A DNA stretch of 64,000 nucleotides from Iphione sp. A-MEVVRFRX5 (taxonomy: Eukaryota). Under the pieces are notes generated by a model. The model made no database searches. It saw only the letters and a program-made list of their open reading frames with translations, and had not been told where the DNA came from. The position numbers and the translations under genes were made by a program. Where the stretch lies: contig OZ320321.1 of the NCBI GenBank assembly GCA_976226885.1, forward strand, positions 55,800,001 to 55,864,000, written 5' to 3'. Position 1 is the first letter of the stretch; each line of letters begins with the position of its first letter. This document shows positions 1 to 13,497 of the stretch, one piece after another.

Positions 1-143
1 AAGAAATATGTCTACAAGTTATACGCAGTAACGAATCCCAAGCATATGTGACTGTTGCAACGCTTACTTTCATTGATTCATGAGTTACGAAGCCTCATTT
101 ATTACTATACATATAATCATGAAAATTGCTTTTTCTTTTTCAG

Positions 144-257
144 AAGCCCCGAATGGTTTGAAGAAAGGTAAAGAGTTTCTGCTGAGCCTTGGAGATGATG
201 GTGCATCTGAAGCAAATGAAGCAACCACATGTCTTCAGAAGACTTGCCCGTCCACAG
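144..257 (+). CDS. Internal coding exon of an unidentified gene entering from the left edge (EAPNGLKKGKEFLLSLGDDGASEANEATTCLQKTCPST)
   Basis: Polypyrimidine tract ttttctttttcag acceptor at 141-143 and donor ACAG|gtaatg at 258. The 114-nt exon is phase 1/phase 1 and open in the frame of ORF 80..310. No recognisable domain. Confidence 0.45.
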
Positions 258-446
258 GTAATGGGACGCATGTATGGGATGGCCCTAACGTCTCGTTCCT
301 TGGGTGCTGACACACCTTCCTTTTCATCGATGACCTAACCGCCCAATTACTGATCCCTGTCCAATGTGATTCCCTCGCCCATTAACACTCATTTTGTGAC
401 CTCCGCCGTCAACACAAAATTTTATTTCTGTTGGTCTTCAGAACAG

Positions 447-464
447 GAGATGCTTATCTCTCTG
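447..464 (+). CDS. Possible 18-nt micro-exon (GDAYLS) of the same gene
   Basis: Acceptor ttggtcttcagaacag and donor CTG|gtgagg; the 18-nt version preserves phase 1. An alternative acceptor at 441 would give 23 nt. Splice signals are the only support. Confidence 0.2.
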
Positions 465-3187
465 GTGAGGATTTGTTTTGATGGGGTTTTATAGCGATCG
501 ATTGAGAGTTTTCTGTCAGCGTTCGCTTATTTAGGCCATATAAGCACAGTAGATAGAGACAAAATAGAGACGCAGAAAGAGGAATATATGGGAAAGCAAG
601 GAGGATTATTAGTGATTTCTAGGCGAGGAGAGGAAGGGAGAAAGCAGAGAAGGAACTACAAACACCACAACAGCTGAGTACAGATGAAAGCACTGATAGT
701 GTTTTGTTACCAGAGACGGCTATATATAGCTTGAGTCACCTCATCCCTCGGTTGCTCTCCCGTATCATGAGCTCGTAACTCTCCCGTATCATGAGGTCAG
801 ACCATCATCAGGTCAGTTCATGACCACATGCAGTGACGCAATTACCAGGTCGTGCTGGGGATCAGTTGTTCGTAGTAATTTTACTGCTTGTGTGTGAGCT
901 AGTGTATGTGACCAGTCACATATGCTTATCTAGAGGTACACGCAGGACACAGAAGGTACCTCACACTATCCATCACCCCAAGAAACGTGCCCTTCGTTAA
1001 GTACAAAAGTTCTATATTGTGTCAGTGTCCTCATGCATTTCACCTTATTTATTTGATACTAACTAAATGACCACGTTATATGAGTAATGTTGAGAGGAGC
1101 CGGGCATTCTGTGTCGGGTGAGAAGTAAATAGTTTACTCACATACAAACTCACATTCCGGTGGATACATAGGGGTGCAGCACATTCCAATTTATATACTC
1201 ATTCGTTTAAATGGTCACATCTCAGCCTCACCACATGGAATGATGTAAAATTTGGTTGCTGTCATTATTCAGTAATCAGTATGTCTCCTCTGTGTAGTAA
1301 ATTTCAATACATGTAAATCTGAGAAGACATGTCGAAGCTGTGAGTCTGTAAAGATGCGATGTCTTCAGTTGGCAATTACACAGGTTGGCCTTGGCGTGAA
1401 TAGACTGTTTGTATAAGTGAGGCTTCGATCTGGTTAGTTGTGGTGTCTGGATTTGCCAGCTGTCTGACTCCCATCTCTTACCGTCGGTGAGAATATTGTT
1501 ACTCTGTCCATCAGCCAAATTTGCCAATTGTCTCCATGGTGGTTAGCATACTACTGCCTAGGGCCCCAGACGCACACATATGTGCATGTACCCAGATAGT
1601 TAATTACTCCCGGGCTTCCACCTGATGGGACTAGGACCACATGTTACACCTCGTCTGACTGCCCATTATATCTCACATCACGTGAGTGTCCTCCTAGCTC
1701 TCAGCTTATCTGACTGTCACAAGATCTTCCTTATCTCACTGTGACCACATGTCTTAACTTATGTGACTGCTAGGATGATAGCACAAATCACCAATGGCGT
1801 GCAACGTCGCCAAAGGCAATAGCAAGGTTAAGGAAAGTTATCTACCGAATTGACATTACCGATCATTAATTGGGAAAAACTAATTGATGCTCTCCTCCTC
1901 TGTTTACTCCTCTCTTTCATTTTCCCTTTCAGGTTGCCCATCCCGCCCCCCCCCCCAAACGCGCACACACAGACACTCACATACACTCAGCTGTTCGCCC
2001 CCCCCCCTTTCCATCCTTACGTCTTTTTTCATGTTTAGTGGAACTTATGCTCTGCGGGGCTTATGGAGTAACGTACTGTAAACACAGGAGGCCCATTCTG
2101 GCAGCAGGGTCGCAGATGGTAGTTCTTCTTTGAGGTTTTAGGGTTTGCCAACCACATTATATCATGTCATCTAAAAAAAAAAACAGGCAGGACAATTGCT
2201 CCGGTGGCCTGCGATGACCATAGCGGCAGAAGAGGCCTTATTTGATAGGCAGTAGTCAAGACATTAACCAAGGCTGTAGCTGAGTCAGCAAGATGTCAAC
2301 AGCCAGGAATGTACCTCCTGTAATGGGGAAAGAGAGGGAAAGGAGTGCTAGCAGAAATTTGGGGGATGGGGAGAAATACATGTTAACTCCTTGAACTTTG
2401 GTGCTGTTATCTGGAATTTAAATGGCCATTCATCAGTCTTTGCAATTTCATTGCAAATCATTTGAATGGTACACCCTGCTACACTGTGCTATTCACTATT
2501 GCGGAGTGCTAAACGTTGCTATACATTGCTTAACACTGTTGTAACATATAGCTGCACATTTTGATAAACACAATTTTCTTTATATCTAGTCAATCAACTA
2601 AGAAGAGCTCCACTTTGCAGATGTCCGTTGCTCTAAGTTTCTCTGTAAAGTTATCGACATCTTATTTCATGGTATCGATTATATAAGTCAGTTATCAGCG
2701 GATTCTGTACATGAGTACTGGTTGTGGCGTCCTCAACTTTATGCAGCATACAGCTTTGTCCTTGATGTGATTGGATTTTGTCTCATTTTAGACTGGTGGG
2801 TGTTGGTTTTGGTTTAATGGGAGGGGAGCAGTCAAAAAGACGGACTGAGTGGTGTTTGATGTATGACTCTATGGACATTTAACCTTCAGATTTCCGAAAC
2901 TGCAGTGAACTCACACTGGAAACTTATAGTCTCCTGTCTCCACTGGAATATCAACTCTTAAACATTTTTCTGAGGTTCCAAAATGTCAAATTCTTAAAGT
3001 ACTTGTCAGGTAACATAGGAAGCTTTGTTGCATTATTCACTGTTTGTATTTCTAAATGAAGTAAGTTATGCAAAACGCCTTTACAAGAACCTTCATCCAT
3101 TTAAATATACAGAATCATGGGTGATGAAAGCGTTTTGAGTGTTATTAATTATGAGAAACATTAAACAACCATGTTCCATTCACACAG

Positions 3188-3462
3188 GCACTAGCAGCGC
3201 ATCATCGCCTCTTCTGGATTTGACTCCTGCCAGCTCAGTTGGCCTGGATTCTTTGCCTGACGGTGAGGCAGCCAACATCTTGCCACAGGGGACCGAGGAG
3301 ATAACTGATGCCAGTGCGGAGTACCAGAGCCGACATGGCGTCTTCAATCCTGATATCTTTGATGACAACGAGCTGGACTCTATGTGTTTCAAACCAATGA
3401 GCACCGATGATACCCATATACAAAATCCAAGTGCAGATGAAACACTGAACTGCTCTTTTTAG
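3188..3462 (+). CDS. Terminal coding exon of the unidentified + strand gene (acidic Ser/Asp-rich C-terminus ending HGVFNPDIFDDNELDSMCFKPMSTDD...LNCSF*)
   Basis: Acceptor ttcacacag at 3187 is phase 1, matching the upstream exon. Open to TAG at 3460-3462 with protein-like composition, followed by an AT-rich UTR-like tract. Family not recognised. Confidence 0.55.
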
Positions 3463-6400
3463 TATGTGGTGCAGAGAAGCAAGAGTATGAAGACAGAAAA
3501 CGGTAGAACAAAATGTAAAGAGGAGAGTGACTGATTCGGTATTAATGTGTTGTTAATATGCTTTGGTGCATTTTCTGTGTGTTTGGAAGTAAAAGCAATT
3601 TGTGATCTCTACCGATGTTATACATATTACAAAATGTACTCACCTTGGTAGGGAGCAGGCAGGGAGTGGTAGAGAGACAACCAATAGGGAAAGCTGGTGA
3701 ATGTGCCCGCCGATGTCTATTTTATTCAGAGTAAACATTGCACAAATGTTTGAGAGAATTGTAAGATTTAATATATTGACATGAATATAATAAATTGTAT
3801 ATAAAACTAAAAAATAAAGTTCACTGAAGTACTGTTGGTTCATTGATTTAACTGGCTTTTGGTTTGATTTCAAAGCCCAAATATACTTTTTCCAACATAG
3901 GATTTGAATATGCAGTCAATCGGGCTGAACCGATCCCCAAATAACTGAATAAATGTCTCTGAATCAAGCATTTTCTCTCCTCTGTGATAGGTCATACAGT
4001 AGCCTTGAAAATAAATTTGAAAACCTATTTTTCTTACCTGAAAAAAATCTCGAGAAAAATTACTGAAAATTTACAGAGAATGGTCCAAAGTAAAAAAAAG
4101 TTATAGAAAAGATGGAACCGCTATTGAAAACTATTTTCGAACCTCTGGACACGTTTATTACAGTGTTTCAATTCACTCAGGTCCTAAACCTCAGTATTGT
4201 TGGTTTTGTTCTTTTCGTTCTTACTTTCTTTTAACATGAAAAATTCTATATGTGATAATTTATATCTTTAAAAAACATTTCCATAATTACATATGAATCG
4301 GCAAACGTTTATACAAAAATGCTTTTACATGAATACACACACGTTCAAGGACGTGCACATATATGTACGTGGATGCATGCACATGTATATCCAATGAAGG
4401 TAAGAGAATGTGTAAGGAACATGAAAAGTGAAGGGTTTGTCTGTTCTTTAACCTATTTAGATTAGCGAGGTAAATAATGCAGTAAATCAAGCTAATGTGA
4501 ACTTCTAATGTAGTGAAGCTAAGCGGTGAAGCTAATAGACCCATCGATTTCCCATTGAATCAGCAAAACCATGACCACACTATCACGAAGCTGACCATTC
4601 AAACCTCAGCTTTGAGCTATTAAGATGTTTCATTTCTGCCTTTCATGATCAACGGAATATAACTACATGTACATTGTCAAAGAACCTTGGAAATTCTTCT
4701 GGAGAACAAGGAAGAAATATCGTAGTTTTTACATTCCCTACTAAAATACACCAAAAACAATGAAACTTGATTGGTCTATTCCTAGAGTGAGGCAGTCAAC
4801 TTCTGTGTCTGTTACAATCCATCTTATGTGCGAAATACCATGTATATATCACCGGAGGTTGCAAATAACTTGTTTTCTCAGACTTCATCATTCACATCAT
4901 TATACACTGTATGATGCAAACCAACTCTGTTGAGGTTTTGGCTGTAGTTACCCTCCCTCTTTTAAAATGGCTGCTGGAGGTCGGCTGAAAGTAGATCTGT
5001 CAAGCAGTTCCTTCCTTCCTTCCTTATGAGGAAATAAGATATTTTTGTATGTATGGCCTCTACAGAATTATCTTTCAGAATGACTAGCACTAGAAAACTC
5101 TAAAACATTATTAAAATGCAGCAATAAGAAAAGGAATTTGGGAGAGGGGCACTATTTTCTTCAGTGTGTGTAGTGATATTGTCCTATACATCTGGGTCAC
5201 ATCAGGGAGAGAGATTATACAACACTGGCTGCCTCCAGCCATCCCCCCCTCCCCAGTCTCCTCCTGCTACCCCTAGACCCTTCCTCATTCCTGTCACTAA
5301 AGAGCATCCACCACCTCCCCGCGGCAGTGGACACACACACACACACACACACACAAATGGGGGGTGGGGGGTCAGGGGGGTACCCAATAACATGTCAATT
5401 CATAGTGACCATAACGCTTAAAACAACAGCAATTAACCCTTCACCAACAATTAAATCACCAGAATAGTTAACCCCCCCCCCCCTCTGTACACACACAACC
5501 AGTGCAAGCGCCGAAGGCGCTTGTATAAAGGAAACACACGGCAAACAGAGCTCCTGGCGTGGAATGACGTTATCCGGTGGGAGCATGTGCTGCCATCTAA
5601 GAGATTTCGTGGAACTAGGATTGTGCAAGCACTTCTTTTTACGACATCCATTATATCAAAGTTATTTTAGGAATTATCCTCCCAAATAGTCTTGATACGC
5701 ATATTCAATCTATGATTTATTTGACTACGCTGTGATGTTTTACCTGAGATACATGCAGCATCGTGTATTGCAAAGTCTAGTCAGATGACGTCACCTGGCA
5801 AGGCCGTCGAGTCGTGGCTGAACGGTGCTTCTGCTAGAAGAACATTCAACAGGTTGTATGTTCAATATTGTACACTGAAATACCGTAGCACGAACGTGTT
5901 GCATGTAACTGATTGAAAGCTTAGTTTCTGCATTAATGATACATAACGGAAGGAGTAAAATGAGCTGTTAGACAACTTTCACGTGCCAGTGCACACGGTA
6001 TAAACAGGGCAGGGGCGTTCTGTCGCTTCCGAATGGCTAAATGTGGATCTAGCGCTCGAGAGTTCTAGGGATGTGAATTGTTTGTTCTATTTCCTCACGT
6101 ACTTTAGAATTCCCTATAAGAGCAGGTCAAGTACCTTCTGCACAGAAATCGAGAGTGGTGACTTGATTGAAGTCTGTGAGGGTGAAGAAGAGCAAGTCTA
6201 GAGGTAGTGGACTCTTGTTTTGACACTCGCCCCTGGGTTGCAACAGTCACGGAAGCCATCCCGGGGTGGACAGCTTGGCTTGTTCATACTATGTTATTTA
6301 TTTATCTAGTTGTCGAGGAAGCTACAAGACACCCTAAATAAATACGTGTAGTGTATATGTCTAACACGTAAAGATGTCTGGATATATTTATGGTAAATAT

Positions 6401-9400
6401 GCCGACCAGGACTGGTGTACCAGCTTTTAGTTTTATGCAAGTCCGAACTTGAATTACCAACAACAACAAAAGGCTTGAACTTTTAAAACCCAATCCTGCA
6501 AACCAATGATAACTTTTGTAAAGAATCTCAATCGTTTTCAAAATGGCATCATGAAAGTGATAAACATGTGATCAGGCCCACGGATCACCACCATTTTCAT
6601 GATTAAATTACCTTTGCCACACTAGTTATTATATTATTCACATATTATGGAATACCTACAACATATATGCTCCAGGCCATATCATTTACATCAGCAACTC
6701 GTCCTATATAAAAAATCTAATCATATTACTATAAATCTGAACTAACCTGCTAATTTTATATCGGACAGTTTGATACGTAATTTGGACAGATTCTCGAAAT
6801 ATACTTGAGGAATAGGGAAGGAGCACAGATGGTTTAATTCAGACAGGCAATGAAAGCAAGTGGGACTCAAATGCTTTTACCTGTACAAATGACAAGCGGG
6901 TGTTATGCAGGAGCCAGATGACATGTGACTCACCGCTATTTGTTGCTTTTCCTCGAACAGAAAGCATTTTGGTAGATAGTACTGGGTGATCAGGTTTCAT
7001 GATGGTTGGAAACGAGGATTAACTTGCTTCAAGACCAAATCGAGGTTTACACTATTTGGTAATTTCATGGCCGAGTTGTATCACAATAAGCGCACGCGGT
7101 TTTCAACTAAGGACCTGGCCAGTTTTCTTGGGAGTGGGTGAAGAAACCTTGCCTTATTCGTGGGTGTCCTAGGGGGCTATCTTCAGTCTCCGTGCACGCT
7201 TTTCCAATCAGCTGTAAACCGCTTACTCCTCTCATGGATGAGAGATCTATAGTTCGGTGGGGGTCATAGGGTGATCGATAGGAGAGGTGTATCAAAGGTA
7301 TAGATCATGCTGTGATGTGATCCATATAGGTGAACTGTAATTAGGTCAGTCAACATAGCATGATGGAAGTGGGGGGGAGGGGGTTGTGGTAAACTTTGCA
7401 AGGCTAGGACAGACGCGTAGGATAGGACACGGTACTGCCATATAACTGTCTCATGGGATACACCATACGGGCACATGGCTGGCTATATCATGAGAACATT
7501 TACCGAGGTATCAAATGTTGCTGTGTTAAAAGAATCGATATAATTTTTTAAAAAAATGTAACGAGTGAATTGGTCTGTATTAATATTGTATTATATAATA
7601 TCTATTCTTAACGTACCCTGAGAAACACAGCAAGTTTCGGAGCTCCTCTCTCGTTTGCACCTGAGGTATGTGGTATTTAAGCTTATCTCAGCAAAATTTG
7701 TCCCAAGCTTTGTCCAATAAAATGGGCATATTACAAAAAAGTGTTGAGAATATAAGGATCAAACCAGCCTTTTTCCCAATAACTAAACTGAAAAGAGTAA
7801 AAGATCTGAAGTGAATGTGTGGGGGCCTTATTTTGTTGAATTGACATGTAATGACCCACATACAAAGTCAGTATGAGTTTGATGAAGGTGGGTTGCTGTA
7901 CGCTGAGGACCAGAGACAAAATTCATACTGATCAGGAATGGCCCTATAGTATGGGTTGATGTGCACATGATTTATTGTACATGACATCATTTTACACGGG
8001 TTGCAACTAAACGGACTCTTACTGCCCTATATCTCAAGGTGGGCCATTATAACAGTTTACCTCGAATCGAATCGCATGTTCCACACATTGCCGTTAACAG
8101 ACTGCTGTATTTTAGAAGTCGGGTCTGCATGTAGAATGTTAGACTCCGTTAACGACCAGCCCCCAGGGGAGACCAGACCAGGGCGAGGACCAGATTCTCA
8201 TAGAACCAAAGGGTTTAACATAACATGTACTATGCAAAAAAAAGGTCCCAGGGAAGAGCAGACTCTGGCACAGGGAAGACAGTGGAGACCAGACTGTGCT
8301 GACTGTGGAGGATACCCGGAGCCGGGGGGGGGGGTCCTTTACTGGGGGGGATCATAGGGGTGCAATGTCTGATATTAAAACTTTCAAGAGAAACAGGTAT
8401 ACATGGTGCAGATTTAAACTCATGAATACAAGACTGCAGACTGTCAGGAAAGTACTGATAACGTTTCTACCTGTCAACTTTAGTACGTGCACATTCCGCT
8501 AGTGGCGTAGCGGTAGGCGTTGCATACAGCGTCGATCCTACAGGTGCGCGTTGTGACAGTTCCATGCTGTTGCACTCTGAGCTCAAGTGGAACTAATAAT
8601 ACGTTCATTATTTTCACGTGTAATTTGGTCTGCTCACCCGTATATATTCTACCAATAGAGAAATACTTTCCTTTGTGCAAGCGTAACCATGAGAGAGGCA
8701 CCATAGTGCAGAATTTTCCTTAGGGAAGATCCTGAAGGGCCAGTAGGTGGGAGTGAAGTATAGGGGTGGCCACCGTTTCTTCAACTACTCGTATAGTCAG
8801 CCTGGCAGAAAGAATTCCAGGGTTCCTCATATAAATTCATCAGCTGACCTTACTAAAACATATTTCAGCCTGTAACAATTTTTCATATATTCACGAATCA
8901 ATTACATGATCTTGTGGTGAAGTGATCACAGTTGCAGCCTAATTGATTACAAAGGATCAGGTTGGGGGCGCCGGATATTTTTAGAGTAGGAGGGCGAGGG
9001 TAAGGGGTACGCGATACTTAGTGACCCCTCCACCCTGCCATTCAACCGTGTTCTTGTGTTGGCTTTCATCTTGCCGAACAAAGAGGACCGTTCAGGTACT
9101 TATAAATGTCGCCTTTAACCTCGTTGAATGGAAGGAAAGAAAACCGGCATCGTTTAACGCATCCGCAGATTCTCTGAGTGAACCTTATATTTCTAGGCTG
9201 CGGAGATACAAGTGTCACGTTGCCGGATATGCAGATTTCTCTGCTGTTGGCACCGCGTAGTGGGGCCCTGATGATCTGCTTCAGAGCCACACGGAAGATT
9301 GTTATAGAGAACCGACCCGTGAAATGCACAGGCTTTGACAGTAGTTGTACCGGCATCGTCGGTGGTGCTGAGAGAAAGAGACAAGTACATGTTTCTATAT

Positions 9401-10078
9401 TGCGAAACTGTGCTGTCAAATTGTTCTTTTTTTATGTGTATTCCTACCCAGTTAAACATTAAGCGGACTCACTTCCTCGGAATAGTGAAAAGGGATTTAA
9501 GACAGACTAATAAGAGTGTTGTCACTTTCGCACCGAGCATTTACACCACTTTCATCAGTATGAAAATATTGAAGCATATTTCGATAGTTAAAACATCTTT
9601 GTATCAGGGAAATGTATTGGGGAATTGCATATTTTCGGATATTGAGTGTTGGGAGTATCTTTTGATTGATGTTCCCAAAGAATAATTTGAAGGAAGCTTA
9701 AGGTACCTTCATACTAAGAATGAAGAATGCATTGCATGGAGAGGTATTGTTGCAGTATATTATCACGAAAGAATCTTTTTTAAATAGTGCACGTTTGGGA
9801 AGATCACCAAAGTGCAAGATCGTATTGATGTGTGATTGTGACGCATACTTGTATTGAGCCAGGGCTCATATTCAGACAAATAATTTTAACAATACATGTA
9901 TTGTCTACGGCACAGGTAGTGCCAATATATTTGTCTTTTAATATTCTTTTTTCGTTCATCCTGCATTGTAGACTTTGAGAGGAGGTGCGGTGGCGACTAC
10001 TCGTTAACAGAAATCACTTGACACGGTAGGAGACAAGACAATAAACCTTTTCTCGGTCTTCGCCGTACTCCACCAGCC

Positions 10079-12016
10079 ATGTCGAGGGACGTTGATACGA
10101 ACATAGATCGAGCCCTGTGTCTCTCTCACACCTTCCATCTCGTGGTGGGAGCCGGTCGGGCGGCGCTCTTTCCCTTCCTCTCCTTGTACCTGCGTCTGCT
10201 CGGCTTGTCGGGCACCCAGACCGGTCTGCTGCTGGGAGCCCGCGCCTTCATCAGCGCCTGCTCGGCCCCCGTCTGGACGGCCTGCGCCAAGGGCTTCAAC
10301 AAGAAGCGCATCGTTCTCTTACTCTCGCTCTTCACCTCGATGAGCATGTACCTCTTCATCTGCCTCATCCCGCCCGTCGACCCGCGCATCCCGCTCATGT
10401 TCTGTGGGATCGGCCTCAAGAACGGCTCGGAGCTACTGGACCGGCCTGCGTTCCATGGCACCGTCAACACCAGCGTCAGCAGCAGTCCGCACGGCAACCT
10501 CACCGGCTCGACAGGCGCCATTGTGGACGTGACCAGGTTACCTAACGGGACGAGGCCAGCTTCAGCCTGGCCCTCATCGGCGACTAGCTCCATGAAGCCC
10601 TCGTCCACGTCAACCACGACGACCTCGAGTACGAGCACGACCACTGCCACCACCACTACTACCACCACCTCTGCCACCACCACTACCACAGCAGCAAGCA
10701 CCACCACCACCACCACGAGAAGTAGAACGGCAGTCGAAGATAATAGGAGACACCATGCAAGTGGGACGAGTTCGGAGACAAACCGCCAAGAACTGGTGGA
10801 CTTGCTGCAGAATCTTCTGCCCGGTGAGGATTTCAGCCGTTTCTCCGCGGAGGAGTTGGAGAGCCTGGCGCGGGAGTTGATCCAGACGGCGGCCGACGAG
10901 AGTCCCTCCCGCCACCGACGCAATGTGCTGGAGGACGTGAGATCCAAGTGGCACGACATCTCCGTCCGTTTCGACTTGGCCGAGTACCAGACGTTCGTCT
11001 TCCTGCTGGTGGTGGTGATCATAGGGGAACTGCTGGCCAGTCCAAGTGATAAGCTGGCTGACGACTGTTGGTTCGAGTACCTGGACATCCTGGATTGTCT
11101 GGAGAAGTACGGGGGGCACAGGCTCTGGCGCACGGTGGGCTACGTGGTGGTGCCCACCATGGTGACGGCCCTAGTCGACCATACGGCCTGCCTTCTGCCT
11201 CTGGGCATCAACCACTTCCTCATCCACTTCTTCGTCTTCGCTGTCCTCATGGCCGTCGCCTTCCTGCTGGGGCTCTGCTACCCTGTCAGTCAACACAAGC
11301 AGACCCCCAAACGCACGCGCCTCAGTAAAGGCCTGCGCGTGCTATGCGCCGACGTGCATGCCTTCTCCATGACCTTCACCATGGTGGTGGTGGGCGCCGC
11401 CTCCTCCGTCGCCTCCATCTTCCTCTTCTGGCGGGTGCAGGACGTGGGCGGGGTGGAGCTGGTCATGGGGGTGGCCATCGCCGCCTCGGCCGGCGCCCAG
11501 TTCGTCATTCGCCTCATCCACCAGGGCCTCGTCGTCCGCCTCACGCCGGTGGGCACCATCTCGCTGGGCCTGCTCCTCTACGGCGGCATGCTCGTCTTCT
11601 ACGCCTTCCTTTGGTCGCCCTGGCTCGTCGTCGCCGGCGAGGTCTTCCACGGCCTGAGCCTCACGCTCATCTGGTCGGCCTTGCAGGGCTACCCCGACTT
11701 CCGCATCAACCCGTTCGTCATGGACCGGAGCGGCTTCGCCCTCGTCAACTTCCTCTTCACCGGCGTCGGCATGGCGGCGGGCAGCATGGCGGCCGGCATC
11801 CTCTACGACCAGCTCGGCCACATGGTGCTCTTCCTCGGGGCGGGCGGCCTCGTCTTCGTGTGGATGGTGATGTTTGTCGTCCTCCAGAAGCTCGTCAGCA
11901 AGAAGAAGAAAGTGCGCTACGCCAAGCTCTTGCAGGACGAGAACCCGGACGACAGCGACGAGTCGGTGGTCTACGAAGATGACTGGCTGGAGGTGGCCAT
12001 GAAGAGAGACCGGTGA
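10079..12016 (+). CDS. MFSD6L: Major facilitator superfamily domain-containing 6-like transporter, intronless CDS, 645 aa
   Basis: N-terminus (IDRALCLSHTFHLVVGAGRAALFPFLSLYLRLLGL...APVW..CAK.FNKKR) and C-terminus (YAKLL...EDDWLEVAM) resemble vertebrate MFSD6L from memory. About 12 hydrophobic segments, a large loop after TM3 and GC-rich third codon positions. Likely 5'-UTR acceptor ttgtag at ~9971. Confidence 0.9.
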   Translation: MSRDVDTNIDRALCLSHTFHLVVGAGRAALFPFLSLYLRLLGLSGTQTGLLLGARAFISACSAPVWTACAKGFNKKRIVLLLSLFTSMSMYLFICLIPPVDPRIPLMFCGIGLKNGSELLDRPAFHGTVNTSVSSSPHGNLTGSTGAIVDVTRLPNGTRPASAWPSSATSSMKPSSTSTTTTSSTSTTTATTTTTTTSATTTTTAASTTTTTTRSRTAVEDNRRHHASGTSSETNRQELVDLLQNLLPGEDFSRFSAEELESLARELIQTAADESPSRHRRNVLEDVRSKWHDISVRFDLAEYQTFVFLLVVVIIGELLASPSDKLADDCWFEYLDILDCLEKYGGHRLWRTVGYVVVPTMVTALVDHTACLLPLGINHFLIHFFVFAVLMAVAFLLGLCYPVSQHKQTPKRTRLSKGLRVLCADVHAFSMTFTMVVVGAASSVASIFLFWRVQDVGGVELVMGVAIAASAGAQFVIRLIHQGLVVRLTPVGTISLGLLLYGGMLVFYAFLWSPWLVVAGEVFHGLSLTLIWSALQGYPDFRINPFVMDRSGFALVNFLFTGVGMAAGSMAAGILYDQLGHMVLFLGAGGLVFVWMVMFVVLQKLVSKKKKVRYAKLLQDENPDDSDESVVYEDDWLEVAMKRDR

Positions 12017-13080
12017 TGGAGCTTAGACCCAGTCGCTATGGATGTGTGAGGAATGAGACAAACCCTCTCTTTCCTCATAATTGGCATCGTGAAATCCTGA
12101 TGTTTTCTGTTCTCTGACTACAGTTCCTCTTACCAGGATTTGTTCCTATTTTTTTGTATTTCGTGTAATTTTCATTTTTTGTTGGAACTTATTTTACTTA
12201 GTACACGGGGCACTCTTTCGAGACCAAAGTTGTCTTCCAAGAAAACTTACGTATAAGATGTAATTGACTGGCATTCCTTCGTTTATAATGGACTGACATT
12301 CCTTTGTTTTACTGGTTTCGTAATATTTTTGCATTTATCTGTCTAAACAGCTATATACAGTGTATATGTATAAATAGGCTCTACATTACCATGTGTACAT
12401 TCCAGGCAACTCCCATCTCAAGAAGGTATGATGATATATTGTAACATGTGATGCATCGCTAGTCTGAAAGCAGCTGTCTCATCCATCAGTTTTAGTTCAA
12501 GTCAAAAATGAAAAGTAATTTATGTGTAAACACTTGTTGGGATCTTGTGGAAGGGGAAAGTGCTCTGGTTTATAGAACGTGCAATCTTTCTTCGTGTTTA
12601 TACACGTATTTCTGATACCAAGACCCATGTTGGTATTTGGCTGATTTAGACAAGAAAATATACGACAATGAGGGACATGTTCTGTCTCATAGCTTATTCT
12701 GTTCATAGATACCCAGAGGTATGATTTGTATGAATATATCAAACAGTTAATTAACGTATTATTAAGGCAGTATTGAAGGTTTGGGCACCATAACTGAGAG
12801 TTGATGGCCCGTCTCATATCCCTATCCAGGCGGCCCCTATCGATGTGTACTGTAAAGTCAAATATGACTGATTACAGTCATGACTTCTGGGAATAACAGT
12901 TTTAAGGAGAGCAAGTGACGAGGTATACTGATTAAGATGAAGAAAAAAATACACAGACACAAAACATGTACATGTACATGTACGCACGTTAAGTAGAAAG
13001 GATTGGGATATGCATTAGCTTAATCTTGCTACATCAGTGCTGATCTTGGAATACGATTAGGCACTTGTGTTGAAGAAAAA

Positions 13081-13150
13081 TATTATTCCCAGGGATAACT
13101 CACGAGGCTTCTTTGTATTCCCCAGGGATAAAACATGAGGCTTCTTTGTA
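13081..13150. repeat. Short tandem duplication (~33 bp x2, tattccc(c)agggataa..c(a)cgaggcttctttg)
   Basis: Two adjacent near-identical copies are visible in the sequence. Confidence 0.7.
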
Positions 13151-13497
13151 GGCGCTGTAGTATTATGTATGAACTTATTTCTGGGTAAAATCAACCCGCA
13201 GTTCTCAGTCAACTAGAGATTTTATTGTACTCCTACGCGGTATGTCAATGTATGTAACGATCGGGTAAGGAGATTACTATTTCTTTAATGTTTCTTTGAG
13301 AAGTCCTATTATGTGACATTTTTTCCTGTTCATGGAACGTTCTCTTACTGAAGCAGTTGGCGCATAGTCTGTTTTTAATTGAGATATAATATTGCGAGAT
13401 TTGCGATTTGCGATTTTTATTGAGCTCACGTTGTGCGGGACTACTCGTAAAGTGATTAAGGCACACATGTTCGATCAGGTGATTAAACTTAGCGGCC

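Noticed and set aside
5505-5523. Perfect 8-bp hairpin caagcgcc-gaa-ggcgcttg as a Helitron end or terminator
   Set aside because: No CTRR terminus at the expected distance and no other element boundary is identifiable.
10126-11133. 335-aa antisense ORF and other overlapping ORFs (10117-10545, 10610-11119, 11342-11821, 11344-11982) across MFSD6L
   Set aside because: Expected shadows of a GC3-rich CDS (few stops in alternative frames); the peptides are low-complexity mirrors of the real protein.
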